Shown here in pieces: positions 38,663 to 49,063 of a stretch of DNA of 64,000 bases. The stretch lies in the NCBI GenBank assembly GCA_028282885.1, contig JANQGX010000032.1, forward strand, positions 86,439 to 150,438, given 5' to 3'. The position numbers and the translations under genes are program-made. How positions within the stretch are numbered: the stretch's first letter is position 1; every line of letters begins with the position of its first letter. The notes beneath the pieces are model-generated. The model saw nothing but the letters and a program-made list of their open reading frames with translations. It ran no database searches and was not told the DNA's origin. Source of the DNA: SAR324 cluster bacterium. GTDB lineage: Bacteria > SAR324 > XYD2-FULL-50-16.

Positions 38663-39418
38663 TCAACCAAGAAGCAGGTTTGTCGCGATAATCAGGATTG
38701 CAATCCCCAGGACCAGTCTTACCACTTTTTCACCCCTCACGATCGAGATTTTAGCAGACCACCAGGCCCCAACCGCATAACCGCCAGCCAGAAAAATGGC
38801 GCAGAACCAATCGATATTCCCGGTCAACCCGAAGATGAAGAGAATGGGAATGGTGTATATGAAAACGATAAACACCTTATGCATATTAACCCTGATCAGA
38901 TCCAGCCCGAGTAGATGGCGCAGGGCGCCCATCAGGATAAAACCGATCCCGACCTGCACAAAACCCCCGTAAAATCCGATCAGGAACATAGCCGGATAAA
39001 TCATCAGTTTTTTCCTGTCACTTACAACAGCTTGTTCGGGGTGACCTTTTTTGACCGGTATAAACAGCGATAACAGGATCAGGATCATCACGACTCCGAG
39101 TATCTGCTGAAACAGTTCATTGCTGATTCTCACTGCGGAGAGCGCACCCAGGATGGCGCCGGGAAGGGTAAACAGTGACAATTTGAAACTTTCGCCAAAG
39201 GCGGAATATTTCTCGGACCGAAAAGCCAACACGCCGGATGTGCTTTCCACCATCAAACCAATTCTGTTGGTGCCGTTGGCAACCGAGGCGTCCATTCCCA
39301 GAAATATCAAAACGCCAAGCGTAATGGTGGACCCCCCCCCGGCCATGATGTTAATAACTCCGGCAGTCAGACCGGACAAGAAAACGACAATCACTTCAAA
39401 AATTGTAATATCCATCAA
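38663..39418 (-). CDS. TauE/SafE (DUF81) family sulfite/anion exporter
   Basis: 251 aa, 7-8 TM, two internal repeats with glycine-rich GGGS/ AGG motifs typical of TauE/SafE. Confidence 0.75.
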   Translation of the reverse strand: MMDITIFEVIVVFLSGLTAGVINIMAGGGSTITLGVLIFLGMDASVANGTNRIGLMVESTSGVLAFRSEKYSAFGESFKLSLFTLPGAILGALSAVRISNELFQQILGVVMILILLSLFIPVKKGHPEQAVVSDRKKLMIYPAMFLIGFYGGFVQVGIGFILMGALRHLLGLDLIRVNMHKVFIVFIYTIPILFIFGLTGNIDWFCAIFLAGGYAVGAWWSAKISIVRGEKVVRLVLGIAILIIATNLLLG

Positions 39419-39780
39419 TGCAGTCTCCCCGCCGCAACTGTTGCATCATATACCTGAAAATCCTTCCAGTTTCTCAACATCCAAACACCAGCCTGTCATG
39501 GTTAACCTTTTTTGCCAATGTCAGGAATATTCAAGAACCACCACCGAAAGCCCATTTCGAATCGTAATAGCCTTGAAATTTCAAAACAGATTTCCCGTCT
39601 GATTGATTTACCCGGATTTTGATCAGGTGATCTTGCTTGCATCGCTGTTGAGCTTGAACTGGCTGGAGTCCGCAAAATCTTTAACTATGAGCTTGTTTTC
39701 CTTTCTGTTTCCTGTAAATTGTAAATATCCATTTTTACTTGTATTGATCAGTATTTTGCCGGTTCCGAGTTGAGGGAAGA

Positions 39781-40365
39781 TTGAATGACGGCAAAATCGA
39801 TTCAGGGATGTCCATGAGAAAACTGCTTATTGCTGTATTGATTCCGCTGCTGTGTTCGGCTTGTGGGGGTGGCGGCGATACAGCCGACGATTCCAATTCC
39901 GGTTCCACCCATACGGTGAATTTTACCCTGTACTCCAGCGACGGGAACTTACCTGCGGGAAGAAAAGTGGTGTACCTCTACGCCAATTGTCAGGATGGAT
40001 CAACCTGCTCCCAACCTGATTCTCCTTTCCATGTTTATGAAGCTGCTGTCGAAGCCGAAGGGGAGGTGAGCATTTCCTTTTCTCATGATCACGTGGGTTA
40101 TTTCTGGACCAGCATTTATATCGATATCGATCAATCCAACACCCTGAACCCCGGGGACCTCGTCTGGGGTACCGATCCGTACAAAATATTCGGCGGAGTC
40201 ATCGAGTTCACATCTTCCCGAACTTCCCATTCTTCCAATTATACCTGGGAGGATATTGCCACTTCGGAGTTTGGAGGATACAGTACCTACAGCGGTAGTT
40301 CCCAAAACTGGAATATTCGAATGAAATCGGAGTTGCTGCACCAATCTTTCTCCACAGCAAACTAA
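39781..40365 (+). CDS. hypothetical lipoprotein
   Basis: Signal peptide with lipobox LLCSAC followed by Gly/Asp-rich linker; possible start at internal ATG ~39811. Confidence 0.5.
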   Translation: MNDGKIDSGMSMRKLLIAVLIPLLCSACGGGGDTADDSNSGSTHTVNFTLYSSDGNLPAGRKVVYLYANCQDGSTCSQPDSPFHVYEAAVEAEGEVSISFSHDHVGYFWTSIYIDIDQSNTLNPGDLVWGTDPYKIFGGVIEFTSSRTSHSSNYTWEDIATSEFGGYSTYSGSSQNWNIRMKSELLHQSFSTAN

Positions 40366-40543
40366 AACCGAAATTCAAAGCCCGCTCCTGCTGCAGACAG
40401 AAAACCACCAACAACAGCGCCTTTCAAGGTTTCAAACTGATACTACAATCCCGGATCAGGGATAAAATCCGATTTTTCCCTCGAAAATTTGAAACAGATT
40501 CGGTAAAAAAATAGAAAACAACAACTCACAATCGGAGCAGCCC

Positions 40544-40930
40544 ATGAAAATCTTCGCCAGGACCATAACGCTACTATTGAGTATTGCATTGATAATAACC
40601 ATTGGACTTTCCCAGTCCGCTTACTCTGCAGGAAAATTATCATCCGCGATAATCGGTCATCTGCTGGATAAGGATAAACTGATTACCATTGTTTCCGGTA
40701 ACGGGGGACCTGTTTATACGGTAAAAGAGGTTGGTGGAGAAATCCTGGCAACCGGAATTCCTGCATCTATCCTGTTTGCCAGATTCCCTGAATTAAAAAA
40801 TGTCATTGAACACGGATTTGCCGGAAACGACGCAAGTCTGGGGCCTAAACCTGAAGTATATCAAAAAAACAGCATGGATGGGATAGCAAATCCCGGTTTA
40901 CTTATTGACCACTCTTTTCTGCTTGACTAG
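40544..40930 (+). CDS. exported hypothetical protein
   Basis: 128 aa with N-terminal signal peptide (TITLLLSIALIITIGLSQSAYSA). Confidence 0.45.
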   Translation: MKIFARTITLLLSIALIITIGLSQSAYSAGKLSSAIIGHLLDKDKLITIVSGNGGPVYTVKEVGGEILATGIPASILFARFPELKNVIEHGFAGNDASLGPKPEVYQKNSMDGIANPGLLIDHSFLLD

Positions 40931-40943
40931 ATCAAATCAAGAC

Positions 40944-41012
40944 ACAGGGGTGGCATAACGCCTGAGATCAGACCCTTTGAACCTGACCCGGATAATACCG
41001 GTGTAGGGAACA
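40944..41012 (+). promoter_or_regulatory. TPP (thiamine pyrophosphate) riboswitch aptamer
   Basis: ACAGGGGUGGC...GCCUGAGAUCAGACCCUUUGAACCUGACCCGGAUAAUACCGGUGUAGGGAACAGC matches THI-box conserved core (GGGGUG, CUGAGA, ACCCUUUGAACCUGAUCUGGAUAAUGCCAGCGUAGGGAA) in plus orientation. Confidence 0.75.
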
Positions 41013-41563
41013 GCTTCTTTTTTGGCCTCTTCTCACTGCTTCCGTTCATTCCTGTCTTTTTCAAGTCATACCAAATTCTGTATACAATTGCTGTTTATCC
41101 AATGCATTGATCGTCGTAGCCGGTTTTTTGTTGGGCCATTTTCCGCCTCCTGATTCTCCCGGCAGATGTGGTTACGTCCAATCTGCCGGGAGCAGAAATC
41201 CTTTCAGAAAAAAAACCAACCGGAGACAGCTAGGTCGAAGACATGGCCGGTTCCCTGTTAAACGGTGGATTCAGTCAGTCAACAGTCACGTTTGCATCAG
41301 GTCCATGAGGGCAGTTCATTCTCCTTGGTGCTTAAAAAGAAATCGAGCCTGGTTCGGGAAAAGTTTAGTCCCGAAAATTTATGAATTTTTAAAGATACCT
41401 GACATGATGGTGTCAAAGATCCCTTTTATAGTATTAGGACAATCTTTTCCGAATCAAATCGGGATAGCTGATTGGCGGTCAAGCAGTTTATTGATTTGAC
41501 ACTGTTTCATTTATTTGTAATGACTGATGAATATAAAACGCAACACCTGAAGGGAGATTGATC

Positions 41564-41917
41564 ATGAAAGAGATAGTTGCCGACAAAGCTTTGGTGGCCT
41601 ATTGCGGACTGTATTGCGGAGCTTGCAGAAAATATCGCGTTGGAAAATGCCCGGGATGTCATGAAAATGAAAAAGCATCCTGGTGCAAAGTGAGATCCTG
41701 TTGCGTGGAAAATGGACATACGAGTTGTGCGGATTGTCATCAGTACGATGATATCATGGAGTGCAAGGGATTCAATAATTTCATCTCCAGGATCTTCTCC
41801 CTGGTTTTCAATTCGAACCGGGAATCCTGCATCAAACGCATTGGTGAAGCAGGGCTGGAAACCTTCGCGAGTGAAATGGCCCAAAAGGGCATGATGTCCC
41901 ATAAACGAAAACCTTAA
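41564..41917 (+). CDS. DUF3795-like cysteine-rich protein
   Basis: 117 aa with YCGLYCGACRKYRVGKCPGCHE...CKVRSCCVENGHTSCADC Cys-rich pattern; AGGGAG RBS before ATG 41564. Confidence 0.5.
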   Translation: MKEIVADKALVAYCGLYCGACRKYRVGKCPGCHENEKASWCKVRSCCVENGHTSCADCHQYDDIMECKGFNNFISRIFSLVFNSNRESCIKRIGEAGLETFASEMAQKGMMSHKRKP

Positions 41918-41946
41918 GAGAAAACAGGGACACGCAAGATCATTTT

Positions 41947-43356
41947 TTATAACCTATTCAGGCATCGGAAAGACCAGAGTACCGCTGCCATAAGAGTGGC
42001 CAGGTTGCCGAAGACCAGGATGATGAACAGGCTTGTGATTCCCGATTCCAGGCGGATGATTGCAAAGTATGATAAGGGGAGGATCAAACCGGCTACTCGG
42101 AGCAGGTTCAGAATCAACCCGGGCATGGCTCTGCCAATCGCCTGGAACATGGAATTGCTGACCAGCAGGCCCAACACGCCGAGAAAGGAGAAGGAAACAA
42201 TCCTGACCTGACGGACACTTCCCTGCACCACCTCAGCTACTGAAGAGAAGAGGGAAAACAGGTGATGGGCTATCAGGTTGTAGATTATGATAACACAGAC
42301 ACCTACCACCATTGAGAAGAGTAGATTGGTTTTGTAAATCTCCTTCAGTCTCGACATATTCCCGCTGCCGAAGGTTTGTCCCACCTGCGTCAGGGTGGCA
42401 TTACCGATCGCATAACCGAATATCAGAATAATCTCGTCCATTCTTCCCACCAGCACCCAGGCGTTCATGTGCGTTTCACTGATCGACCCGACCATAAAGT
42501 TCAACACTATCATTCCAAGGCTGAGCACGGAAAGACTCAGCACCTGCGGAATCGCGATTCTTACAATCTCCTTGATGTGAGTGAGACGGCTTACAGCCAG
42601 TCTGAGTGTCAGCCCCAGTCCGTCTGTATTGGACTTCAACTTAGTATAGAGCAGGATTAATGAGATAAAGATTGACAGACTTGAAGCCAGGGCGGCTCCT
42701 TTAACCCCTAAACCCAAGGCAAAGATACAGATGGGATCTAAAATCATGTTACATATGGTGGAGGCCATCATGGCCATGGCGAAGTATTTTACCAACCCTG
42801 CGCCTTGGGCTGCCCCGGCCAATGAAAAAAACAGCAGTAAGAAGAACATTCCGGGCAGAAAATAGAGCAGATACTGATTCCCGTGATGCATGGCCTCTTC
42901 GCTGATCCGATCCCCGGCAATGACCCGGATGATCTCTGTTCTTCCCAGGAACAAAACTATTATAAGCAAAATACCTGCAATAATCGCCACGGAGAGGCTT
43001 GATGAGATAATGGATTGGGTGGATTGATGTCGGTTATCGCCCAGAAAACGTGCCAGCAGGGAGCTGGTGCCGGCAAAGATTCCCGTGCCGAGGGCAACCA
43101 TTAACAGGAAAATGGGGAGTATAATTCCAATGCCGCTGATTATGGCTGTTGAGGATTCGTCCAGCATGGAAATAAAAAGCGTGTCGACAATAGCATAACT
43201 TAAATTGAGCAGGTGCCCGATCAACACCGGAATAGAAAGTTGAATAGTCATGGGCAGGATCGACCCGGAAGTGATGGGATTGGTACTGGACAATGGTTTT
43301 TCTAAACTACGCACGGCAGCCTCCTTCGCATTTAGGTTTGTTCCGTTCAAAAACAT
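41947..43356 (-). CDS. MATE family efflux transporter
   Basis: 12-TM protein with MATE duplicated architecture; probable true start at internal Met (MTIQLSIPVLIGHLLN, ~43251). Confidence 0.8.
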   Translation of the reverse strand: MFLNGTNLNAKEAAVRSLEKPLSSTNPITSGSILPMTIQLSIPVLIGHLLNLSYAIVDTLFISMLDESSTAIISGIGIILPIFLLMVALGTGIFAGTSSLLARFLGDNRHQSTQSIISSSLSVAIIAGILLIIVLFLGRTEIIRVIAGDRISEEAMHHGNQYLLYFLPGMFFLLLFFSLAGAAQGAGLVKYFAMAMMASTICNMILDPICIFALGLGVKGAALASSLSIFISLILLYTKLKSNTDGLGLTLRLAVSRLTHIKEIVRIAIPQVLSLSVLSLGMIVLNFMVGSISETHMNAWVLVGRMDEIILIFGYAIGNATLTQVGQTFGSGNMSRLKEIYKTNLLFSMVVGVCVIIIYNLIAHHLFSLFSSVAEVVQGSVRQVRIVSFSFLGVLGLLVSNSMFQAIGRAMPGLILNLLRVAGLILPLSYFAIIRLESGITSLFIILVFGNLATLMAAVLWSFRCLNRL

Positions 43357-43484
43357 ATACGAACTCAGCTTAACACAACGGAAAGCCCGATTTATGTCGG
43401 GAAGTGCTCAATTTTTGATGATTTGTGCTAAAATGCGGCGATACAAAACCTATTTTGCAATAAACTGGCCTCGTGTCCTCGTGT

Positions 43485-44363
43485 TTAGAGAAGGTCGATT
43501 GGGATATGGATCTTGAATTCGATTGAATCAGGATCCCCGGGATCAATGGGGTGATCGTAGAACTCGAAGTCGTAGAGAGCAGCCGGGCCGAATTCGGATT
43601 GGGAAAACCAGGTGCCGTAAATATACTCGTAGGAATGCGGGATTTTTTCCACGGCTCCCTGGTGGGTGAAAACGGCATATTTCGCAGCCGGCAGGGCTTT
43701 CAGGCAAAACTCAAGAGGGATCTGACTGAAAACCGGAACCAGATCGGTCCTTAATTCATAAGCAGCCAGATAATTGATATCCCTGTTTTTAAAAAAACTT
43801 TCTCCATAATAGACAAGACCGTATGCCCTGCAAGGCTTAACAATGTCCTCAATTTCGTCGGACCTCTTGAGCAGGTTTTGCCAGATCTCCCGGACCTCTT
43901 CCTGGTTGTGACCATAATAGGGGAAACCAACCAGGGGGATGATATCACGGGTGATAAAGTCTGGTTCACGGGAGATTCCGGAACTCAGGTGGTCCAGAAC
44001 TCTGGATTCGAGCCGATTCTTTTTCCCGGCAATGCCATTGTTTTTTTGCCGGCGATATTGATGAGGCGTCTGTCCAAACTGTTCCTTAAACGAGCGACTG
44101 AACGACTCCTGGGATTGAAATTGAAAATCCAGGGCGATATCGATGATGGTTCTTTCACTTTCTATCAGTTGCCGGGCGGCTTCTGTAAGACGCCGCTTGC
44201 GTAGATAGCTGCCCACTGTATCTCCTGTTACAACGGAGAATAATCTTTGAAAATGATATTTAGAATAGCGGGCAACGGAAGCGATGTCATCAATCCGTAT
44301 CGGAGAGCAGAGATTCTTCTCCATGAACTCGACAGATCGATTAATGGACTCAATATAGTTCAT
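43485..44363 (-). CDS. AraC-family transcriptional regulator with GyrI-like effector domain
   Basis: N-terminal AraC HTH (IDDIASVARYSKYHFQRLF...), C-terminal GyrI-like small-molecule-binding domain. Confidence 0.8.
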   Translation of the reverse strand: MNYIESINRSVEFMEKNLCSPIRIDDIASVARYSKYHFQRLFSVVTGDTVGSYLRKRRLTEAARQLIESERTIIDIALDFQFQSQESFSRSFKEQFGQTPHQYRRQKNNGIAGKKNRLESRVLDHLSSGISREPDFITRDIIPLVGFPYYGHNQEEVREIWQNLLKRSDEIEDIVKPCRAYGLVYYGESFFKNRDINYLAAYELRTDLVPVFSQIPLEFCLKALPAAKYAVFTHQGAVEKIPHSYEYIYGTWFSQSEFGPAALYDFEFYDHPIDPGDPDSIEFKIHIPIDLL

Positions 44364-44679
44364 GTTGTCTGATCAAAAAGATTAAAACTTTCAAAAATAC
44401 CAAAGACAATCCCGGAATCAGTTTCGATCAGGTATGGCAAAGTGTCAAGAATCCTTCCCGGGCGAGGAGCGATTGGGTTATCAGGAAGGATCATAATTAA
44501 AAACCGTAACCGATAAAGACGGTTGTCTCTTCCCCCTCGGCTCCCGTGGCATAATCGGCTCGCAAAACAACTGAGGAAAAGACAAACCGCAGGTCTACCC
44601 CTGTCGAAGATTTAAGATGCTGAAACAGCGATTCATCATTTTCGGAGGAAACCTGTCCCGGCTTATAATTAATAATTCC

Positions 44680-45576
44680 TCAGGATTTTGTCAGTGCAGA
44701 TTTCAGGGATTCGGGATAATCCGGCTGGGCGCCGGGTATGGTAGCTGTGTACGAGCCGAAAGAGTTGGCGATGCGAACGGCCTCTGCGGATGGGATTCCA
44801 AGGAATCTTGCCACGGCGTAACTTCCCACAAAAGCATCCCCGGCTCCGGTTGTATCGACCGGTGTGATAGCCGTGGTGGGAATTTCGGTTGAAATGCCTT
44901 TTTCCAAAATCTCTGCTCCGGCCTTGCCTTTGGTCAGAATGACTGTTTCGATATCCAAAGTTCCTCCCAGGTCTTCAAAGGAATGAATTTCAAAATTCCT
45001 CTGCAAGGCGTCACATTCGGTCTCATTGACAACCAGGGTGTGAACTCCGGCAAACACTTCCCTGGCAAAAGCTGTGAAAGGGGCGAGATTGAAGACTACT
45101 TTGATGTCACGAGACTTTAACCAGTCGATAATGCGGGCGGTTTCCTTCGGATCCAGCTCTGCTTGTAAGACTGCCATATCCCCGGGATTAAAGAGATCCG
45201 AAAACCCGGTGACTGATTCCAGGGTGAGGCATTTGTTAGCCCCCGAGTGAACGACAATGCTGTTCTCACCTTCATCATTAACCTGGATGTAAGCTGCACC
45301 GGTCGGTTGGTCGTTGATTTCCGCAATGGTTGCCTGATCAAAACCGCCCTGTGCAAGTTTGGTCCTGATCAGTTCGGCATCCTGATCTGCGCCGATAGCA
45401 GAAACAAAGCGCGTTTCGGTCAGCAATTGCCTGCAGGTAACCGCCTGGTTGAAGCCCTTACCCCCGGTGTACTTTGCCAGGGAATCCGCGATTATTGTCT
45501 CGCCGGGCATAGCGATGGATGGGGTTCTCAGGACATAGTCAACGTTGGAACTGCCGATAATCCATAATGTGGTCAT
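44680..45576 (-). CDS. rbsK: ribokinase (PfkB family)
   Basis: N-terminal GSSNVDY...GGKGFNQAV and C-terminal GAGDAFVGSYA motifs of ribokinase. Confidence 0.8.
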   Translation of the reverse strand: MTTLWIIGSSNVDYVLRTPSIAMPGETIIADSLAKYTGGKGFNQAVTCRQLLTETRFVSAIGADQDAELIRTKLAQGGFDQATIAEINDQPTGAAYIQVNDEGENSIVVHSGANKCLTLESVTGFSDLFNPGDMAVLQAELDPKETARIIDWLKSRDIKVVFNLAPFTAFAREVFAGVHTLVVNETECDALQRNFEIHSFEDLGGTLDIETVILTKGKAGAEILEKGISTEIPTTAITPVDTTGAGDAFVGSYAVARFLGIPSAEAVRIANSFGSYTATIPGAQPDYPESLKSALTKS

Positions 45577-45591
45577 TACATTTCTCCCGGA

Positions 45592-46230
45592 TTAAAGATT
45601 CAGCAGAATCGTGTTTCGGGTGGAGATAATATGTTCCCGCATCTTTTTTTCCGCGGCTTCTTCATCCCGGTCTAAAATCGCTTTGCAGATATCCCTGTGC
45701 TCCCTGCCCATGATGGGATATCGGCCCGGTATCGTATTGGCAATCTCCCTTTCCTGTCTCAGGATGGTTTTGTAGTTGGACAGAATCTGTGAAATACGAA
45801 CGTTACCGCTGGATTCAACAAGTTGGTCGTGAAATTCGTCACTAAGCTGATTGATGACTGCCGCATCGGTGATTTCGCCTTCGGCAATTTTGCCGAACTG
45901 ATCATGAAAGAACTCAAATTTCTCAACCGGGAACTGTCTTCCCGCTGTTTTTCTGGCTGCCAGTCCCTCCAGCATTTCGCGAATTTCAAAGAAATCCTTT
46001 ATGTTTTGCAGGCTGATGTTGGCGACAATAACACCACGATGGGGGATCCGTTCCAGTAGCCCTTCGGTTTCAAGCCGGTTAATGACTTCCCTCACCGGTG
46101 TGCGACTGATGTTCAGCTTAGCCGCAAGTTCCCCTTCCACAAGGGCTTCCCCCGGTTTAAAGGTGCCATCCATGATCCATTCGGAGATTTTTTCGTAAGC
46201 CTCATCGCTGAGGGGTTTCTTTTTAGCCAT
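45592..46230 (-). CDS. GntR-family transcriptional regulator (FadR/FCD subfamily)
   Basis: N-terminal wHTH (GELAAKLNISRTPVREVINRLETEGLL) and C-terminal FCD domain; 15 nt upstream of ribokinase gene. Confidence 0.85.
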   Translation of the reverse strand: MAKKKPLSDEAYEKISEWIMDGTFKPGEALVEGELAAKLNISRTPVREVINRLETEGLLERIPHRGVIVANISLQNIKDFFEIREMLEGLAARKTAGRQFPVEKFEFFHDQFGKIAEGEITDAAVINQLSDEFHDQLVESSGNVRISQILSNYKTILRQEREIANTIPGRYPIMGREHRDICKAILDRDEEAAEKKMREHIISTRNTILLNL

Positions 46231-46395
46231 AAATTGTTCCGGAGGTGAACATTGTTACGCCGGGTTGACGACAATCATCTATAGATATTAGGTGTCACCG
46301 GATGCGTCAACACGTATCTGAAAGGTCGCCGCGTTTTGTGTTTTAAGGATCTCATTCTACATTACCCGCTCTCCCTGGTAAATGGCGAGAGTTCT

Positions 46396-47121
46396 CTAGC
46401 CGGCTTTACTATTGATTACCAGTGGTGTGGCTGCGCTTTTAAACCTCTCAATCTCTTCGGGTTCGATGGGCAGTACAAACTCTACCAACCCCATGAATTC
46501 ACCGTTTTCATACCAGGGCGACTGGTAACAGAAAATCCCGCTGTCCGGGTGACTTTTGGGTTTGTATCTCAGGTAGGAATGGGTTTTCTGCTCGGATAAG
46601 AGCTTTCTGATAATCTCCTGGGTTGAAGCTTGATGGCATTGAATGCCGTTTTTACCGATTACCTCTTCTCCACCTGCATATTCGAAGGCTTTAATCGCCT
46701 CGTCGTTCAAACCGACGATGGTACCATCCTTGGCCATAACCGAAACCTCTGCCGGAAAATCCTTGACCCATCGGACCAGGGGTGGGAGCTCAACAGTCAT
46801 TGGGGTTTTAAATCCGTCTTCCGCTCGATCCAATTGGCTGATATGTCTAATGGCCTGTTGATTGATAGCTCCGTAAATCCTGGGGACCTCTTGATCCGAG
46901 TCGGGACATCGTTCGACCTTCATCTCTGCAGACAGTTTCCCGGGATCAATACAGAGCAGACAGGGTTCATCCTTTGCCCCGTATAGTCGGTTGGTTCTCT
47001 CCATAACCTGGTAGGAAAAACTGCAGGGGATAAATCCGTCGGTTTTTAATTCGGCAGGAGCAAAGGTTCCTTCCCGGCGATTAGAAATGTAATCCTCAAA
47101 CAGGCAGATGTAATATATCAT
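46396..47121 (-). CDS. DUF952 domain protein with C-terminal PAS-like domain
   Basis: N-terminus MIYYICLFEDYIS...DGFIPCSFSYQ typical of DUF952; C-terminal ~120 aa PAS-like. Confidence 0.5.
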   Translation of the reverse strand: MIYYICLFEDYISNRREGTFAPAELKTDGFIPCSFSYQVMERTNRLYGAKDEPCLLCIDPGKLSAEMKVERCPDSDQEVPRIYGAINQQAIRHISQLDRAEDGFKTPMTVELPPLVRWVKDFPAEVSVMAKDGTIVGLNDEAIKAFEYAGGEEVIGKNGIQCHQASTQEIIRKLLSEQKTHSYLRYKPKSHPDSGIFCYQSPWYENGEFMGLVEFVLPIEPEEIERFKSAATPLVINSKAG

Positions 47122-47400
47122 TATGGTTCCTTTAGATAACTGAAATGTAATTGTTTAGCTGATGTTCTTCGAAATACCAAAGATGTTGAGTTTTTGGATT
47201 CCTGTAAGCGAGAGACGGCCTTATGGAGTTCCTGATCCAAATCTCACCAGTTACAGGTGGATTCACGTGCTTCCGGAAAGCAACAGCTTTGCGTGATTAC
47301 CAGCATTCTATTACGTTAAAACAAAACTATTCAAGTTAAAAACTTCCGGGAGCACTGACCCATTGCGCAGGAACGATCGGACATTGATGCAGTTCCTTCG

Positions 47401-48255
47401 TTAACCCCGCTCCAGACAATCGATTAGCTGATCGATGTGAACGATTTTTTTATTCAATCCCAACCGGCCGGCCAAAATCGAAACCGGTAGTTGTTTGATG
47501 GCGCTTTTTTCCAGGATCTCAAAATTCCAGAAGATCTCGCTGCAAGTGTCATCCGCAATGATCTTCTTATCCGTCATGACAACCACCCGCTCGAAGTTTT
47601 CAGCCACAAATTCCATGTCGTGGGTAATGGTCACTACGGTCTTGCCCCGTTTCAGCAGTTCCAATATGATGCTTCTCTGTCGTTCCAGACCGACAAGATC
47701 CTGACCTGCGGTGGGTTCATCCAGGATAATATACTTGGCGCCCATGGCAATCACCGAGGCGATGGTTACGAATTTCCTTAAGGAAAAGGGTAGATCGTAG
47801 GGATTCAGTTTCAGATCATCGGTCACCCCGCAGAGTTCTGCCGCATCCATGACCTTCTCTTCCACTTCGCTCTCCGGCAGCTTACGATAGCGCAAAGTAT
47901 AAGCAATTTCGTCAAATACGGTACGATTGAAGATTTGATCTCCCGGATTCTGGAAAACATAGCCCACCTTCTTTGAAAGCTGGGCGACGGTCTGGTCGGA
48001 AGTGTTCTCTCCATCTACCAAAATGGTTCCTTGCTGCGGTCGCAGTAACCCGTTGAACATTTTGACGAAAGTGGTTTTTCCGGCACCGTTCTGCCCGACA
48101 ATGGCAATATTCTCACCACTATCGATCTGCAGTGAAACATCGTCTACAGCCAGAAAACCGTTTTCATAGGAGAAGCTGACATTGCTGATTTTAATTCCTT
48201 CCATCACTCGCCTCCTCCTGAAGCAGTTCCTTAAATACCGAAACCGCATTGTCAA
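47401..48255 (-). CDS. ECF transporter ATPase component (EcfA2-like)
   Basis: Walker A GQNGAGKTT, signature/Walker B present; likely start at internal MEGIKISNV (~48204). Confidence 0.85.
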   Translation of the reverse strand: MTMRFRYLRNCFRRRRVMEGIKISNVSFSYENGFLAVDDVSLQIDSGENIAIVGQNGAGKTTFVKMFNGLLRPQQGTILVDGENTSDQTVAQLSKKVGYVFQNPGDQIFNRTVFDEIAYTLRYRKLPESEVEEKVMDAAELCGVTDDLKLNPYDLPFSLRKFVTIASVIAMGAKYIILDEPTAGQDLVGLERQRSIILELLKRGKTVVTITHDMEFVAENFERVVVMTDKKIIADDTCSEIFWNFEILEKSAIKQLPVSILAGRLGLNKKIVHIDQLIDCLERG

Positions 48256-49063
48256 TGGTGGTGGGAATTCTTTTCAGCTTTTTCCCCGTTCTTTTTTCAT
48301 ACGCAAGCCCCACCTTGGCTATCTGCGGCAAGTTCACACCATGGTTCGGCACGGCTTCATTGGTCAGTACATTTTCAGTCTTATCGTCAAAGATAATTCG
48401 TTTATCATCCAGTAAAATCACCCGATTGGCATATTCACTGATCAGATCCATTTTGTGTTCGACCAGGATAATGGTCTTGTTCTTCTCCTTGAGTAATCTG
48501 ATAATTTCAAAGACCTTTTCTGTTCCCTGCGGATCCAGTTGGGAAGTCGGTTCATCTATGATGAGGATGTCGGGATCCATCACCAGGACTGATGCCAGGG
48601 CAATTCTCTGCCTCTGACCTCCTGAAAGATCGATGGGGTGCTTGTCTGCCAATTCAGAGATCTTGAGTTCTTCCAGAATAGAGGTAACCCGCGGTATAAT
48701 CTCATCTCTTTCAATTCCAAGGTTTTCAAGACCGTAAGCCACTTCATTGAACACGGTTTTCTTGACCCCGCTGACCTGTATGAAAGGATTCTGAAAGACA
48801 AACCCGATTTTTATGGCAATTTCGCCCATGGACATCTCATCGATATTCCTGCCTTCGACAAAGACCTCTCCTTGGAACTTGCCTTTATGAAACCCTGGAA
48901 TAAACCCCCTCAGGATATTGCAGAGAGTTGTTTTTCCGCTGCCGTTCCTGCCGATAACAGCGACAAAATCCCCCCTGTCCACTGTCAATGAAATATCTTC
49001 CAAAACCGTGGATTTACCGATGGGGTATCGGTAGCTGACATTTCTCACTTCCAGGGCTTTCAT
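48191..49063 (-). CDS. ECF transporter ATPase component (EcfA1-like)
   Basis: Walker A GRNGSGKTT, LSGGQRQR, Walker B ILIIDEPTSQLD. Confidence 0.85.
   Translation of the reverse strand: MKALEVRNVSYRYPIGKSTVLEDISLTVDRGDFVAVIGRNGSGKTTLCNILRGFIPGFHKGKFQGEVFVEGRNIDEMSMGEIAIKIGFVFQNPFIQVSGVKKTVFNEVAYGLENLGIERDEIIPRVTSILEELKISELADKHPIDLSGGQRQRIALASVLVMDPDILIIDEPTSQLDPQGTEKVFEIIRLLKEKNKTIILVEHKMDLISEYANRVILLDDKRIIFDDKTENVLTNEAVPNHGVNLPQIAKVGLAYEKRTGKKLKRIPTTIDNAVSVFKELLQEEASDGRN

Noticed and set aside
41107-41499. 130-aa ORF downstream of the TPP riboswitch
   Set aside because: TTG start, highly basic low-complexity sequence with no TM or motif; probably non-coding leader/expression-platform RNA. 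Kept in mind as the riboswitch's possible target region.
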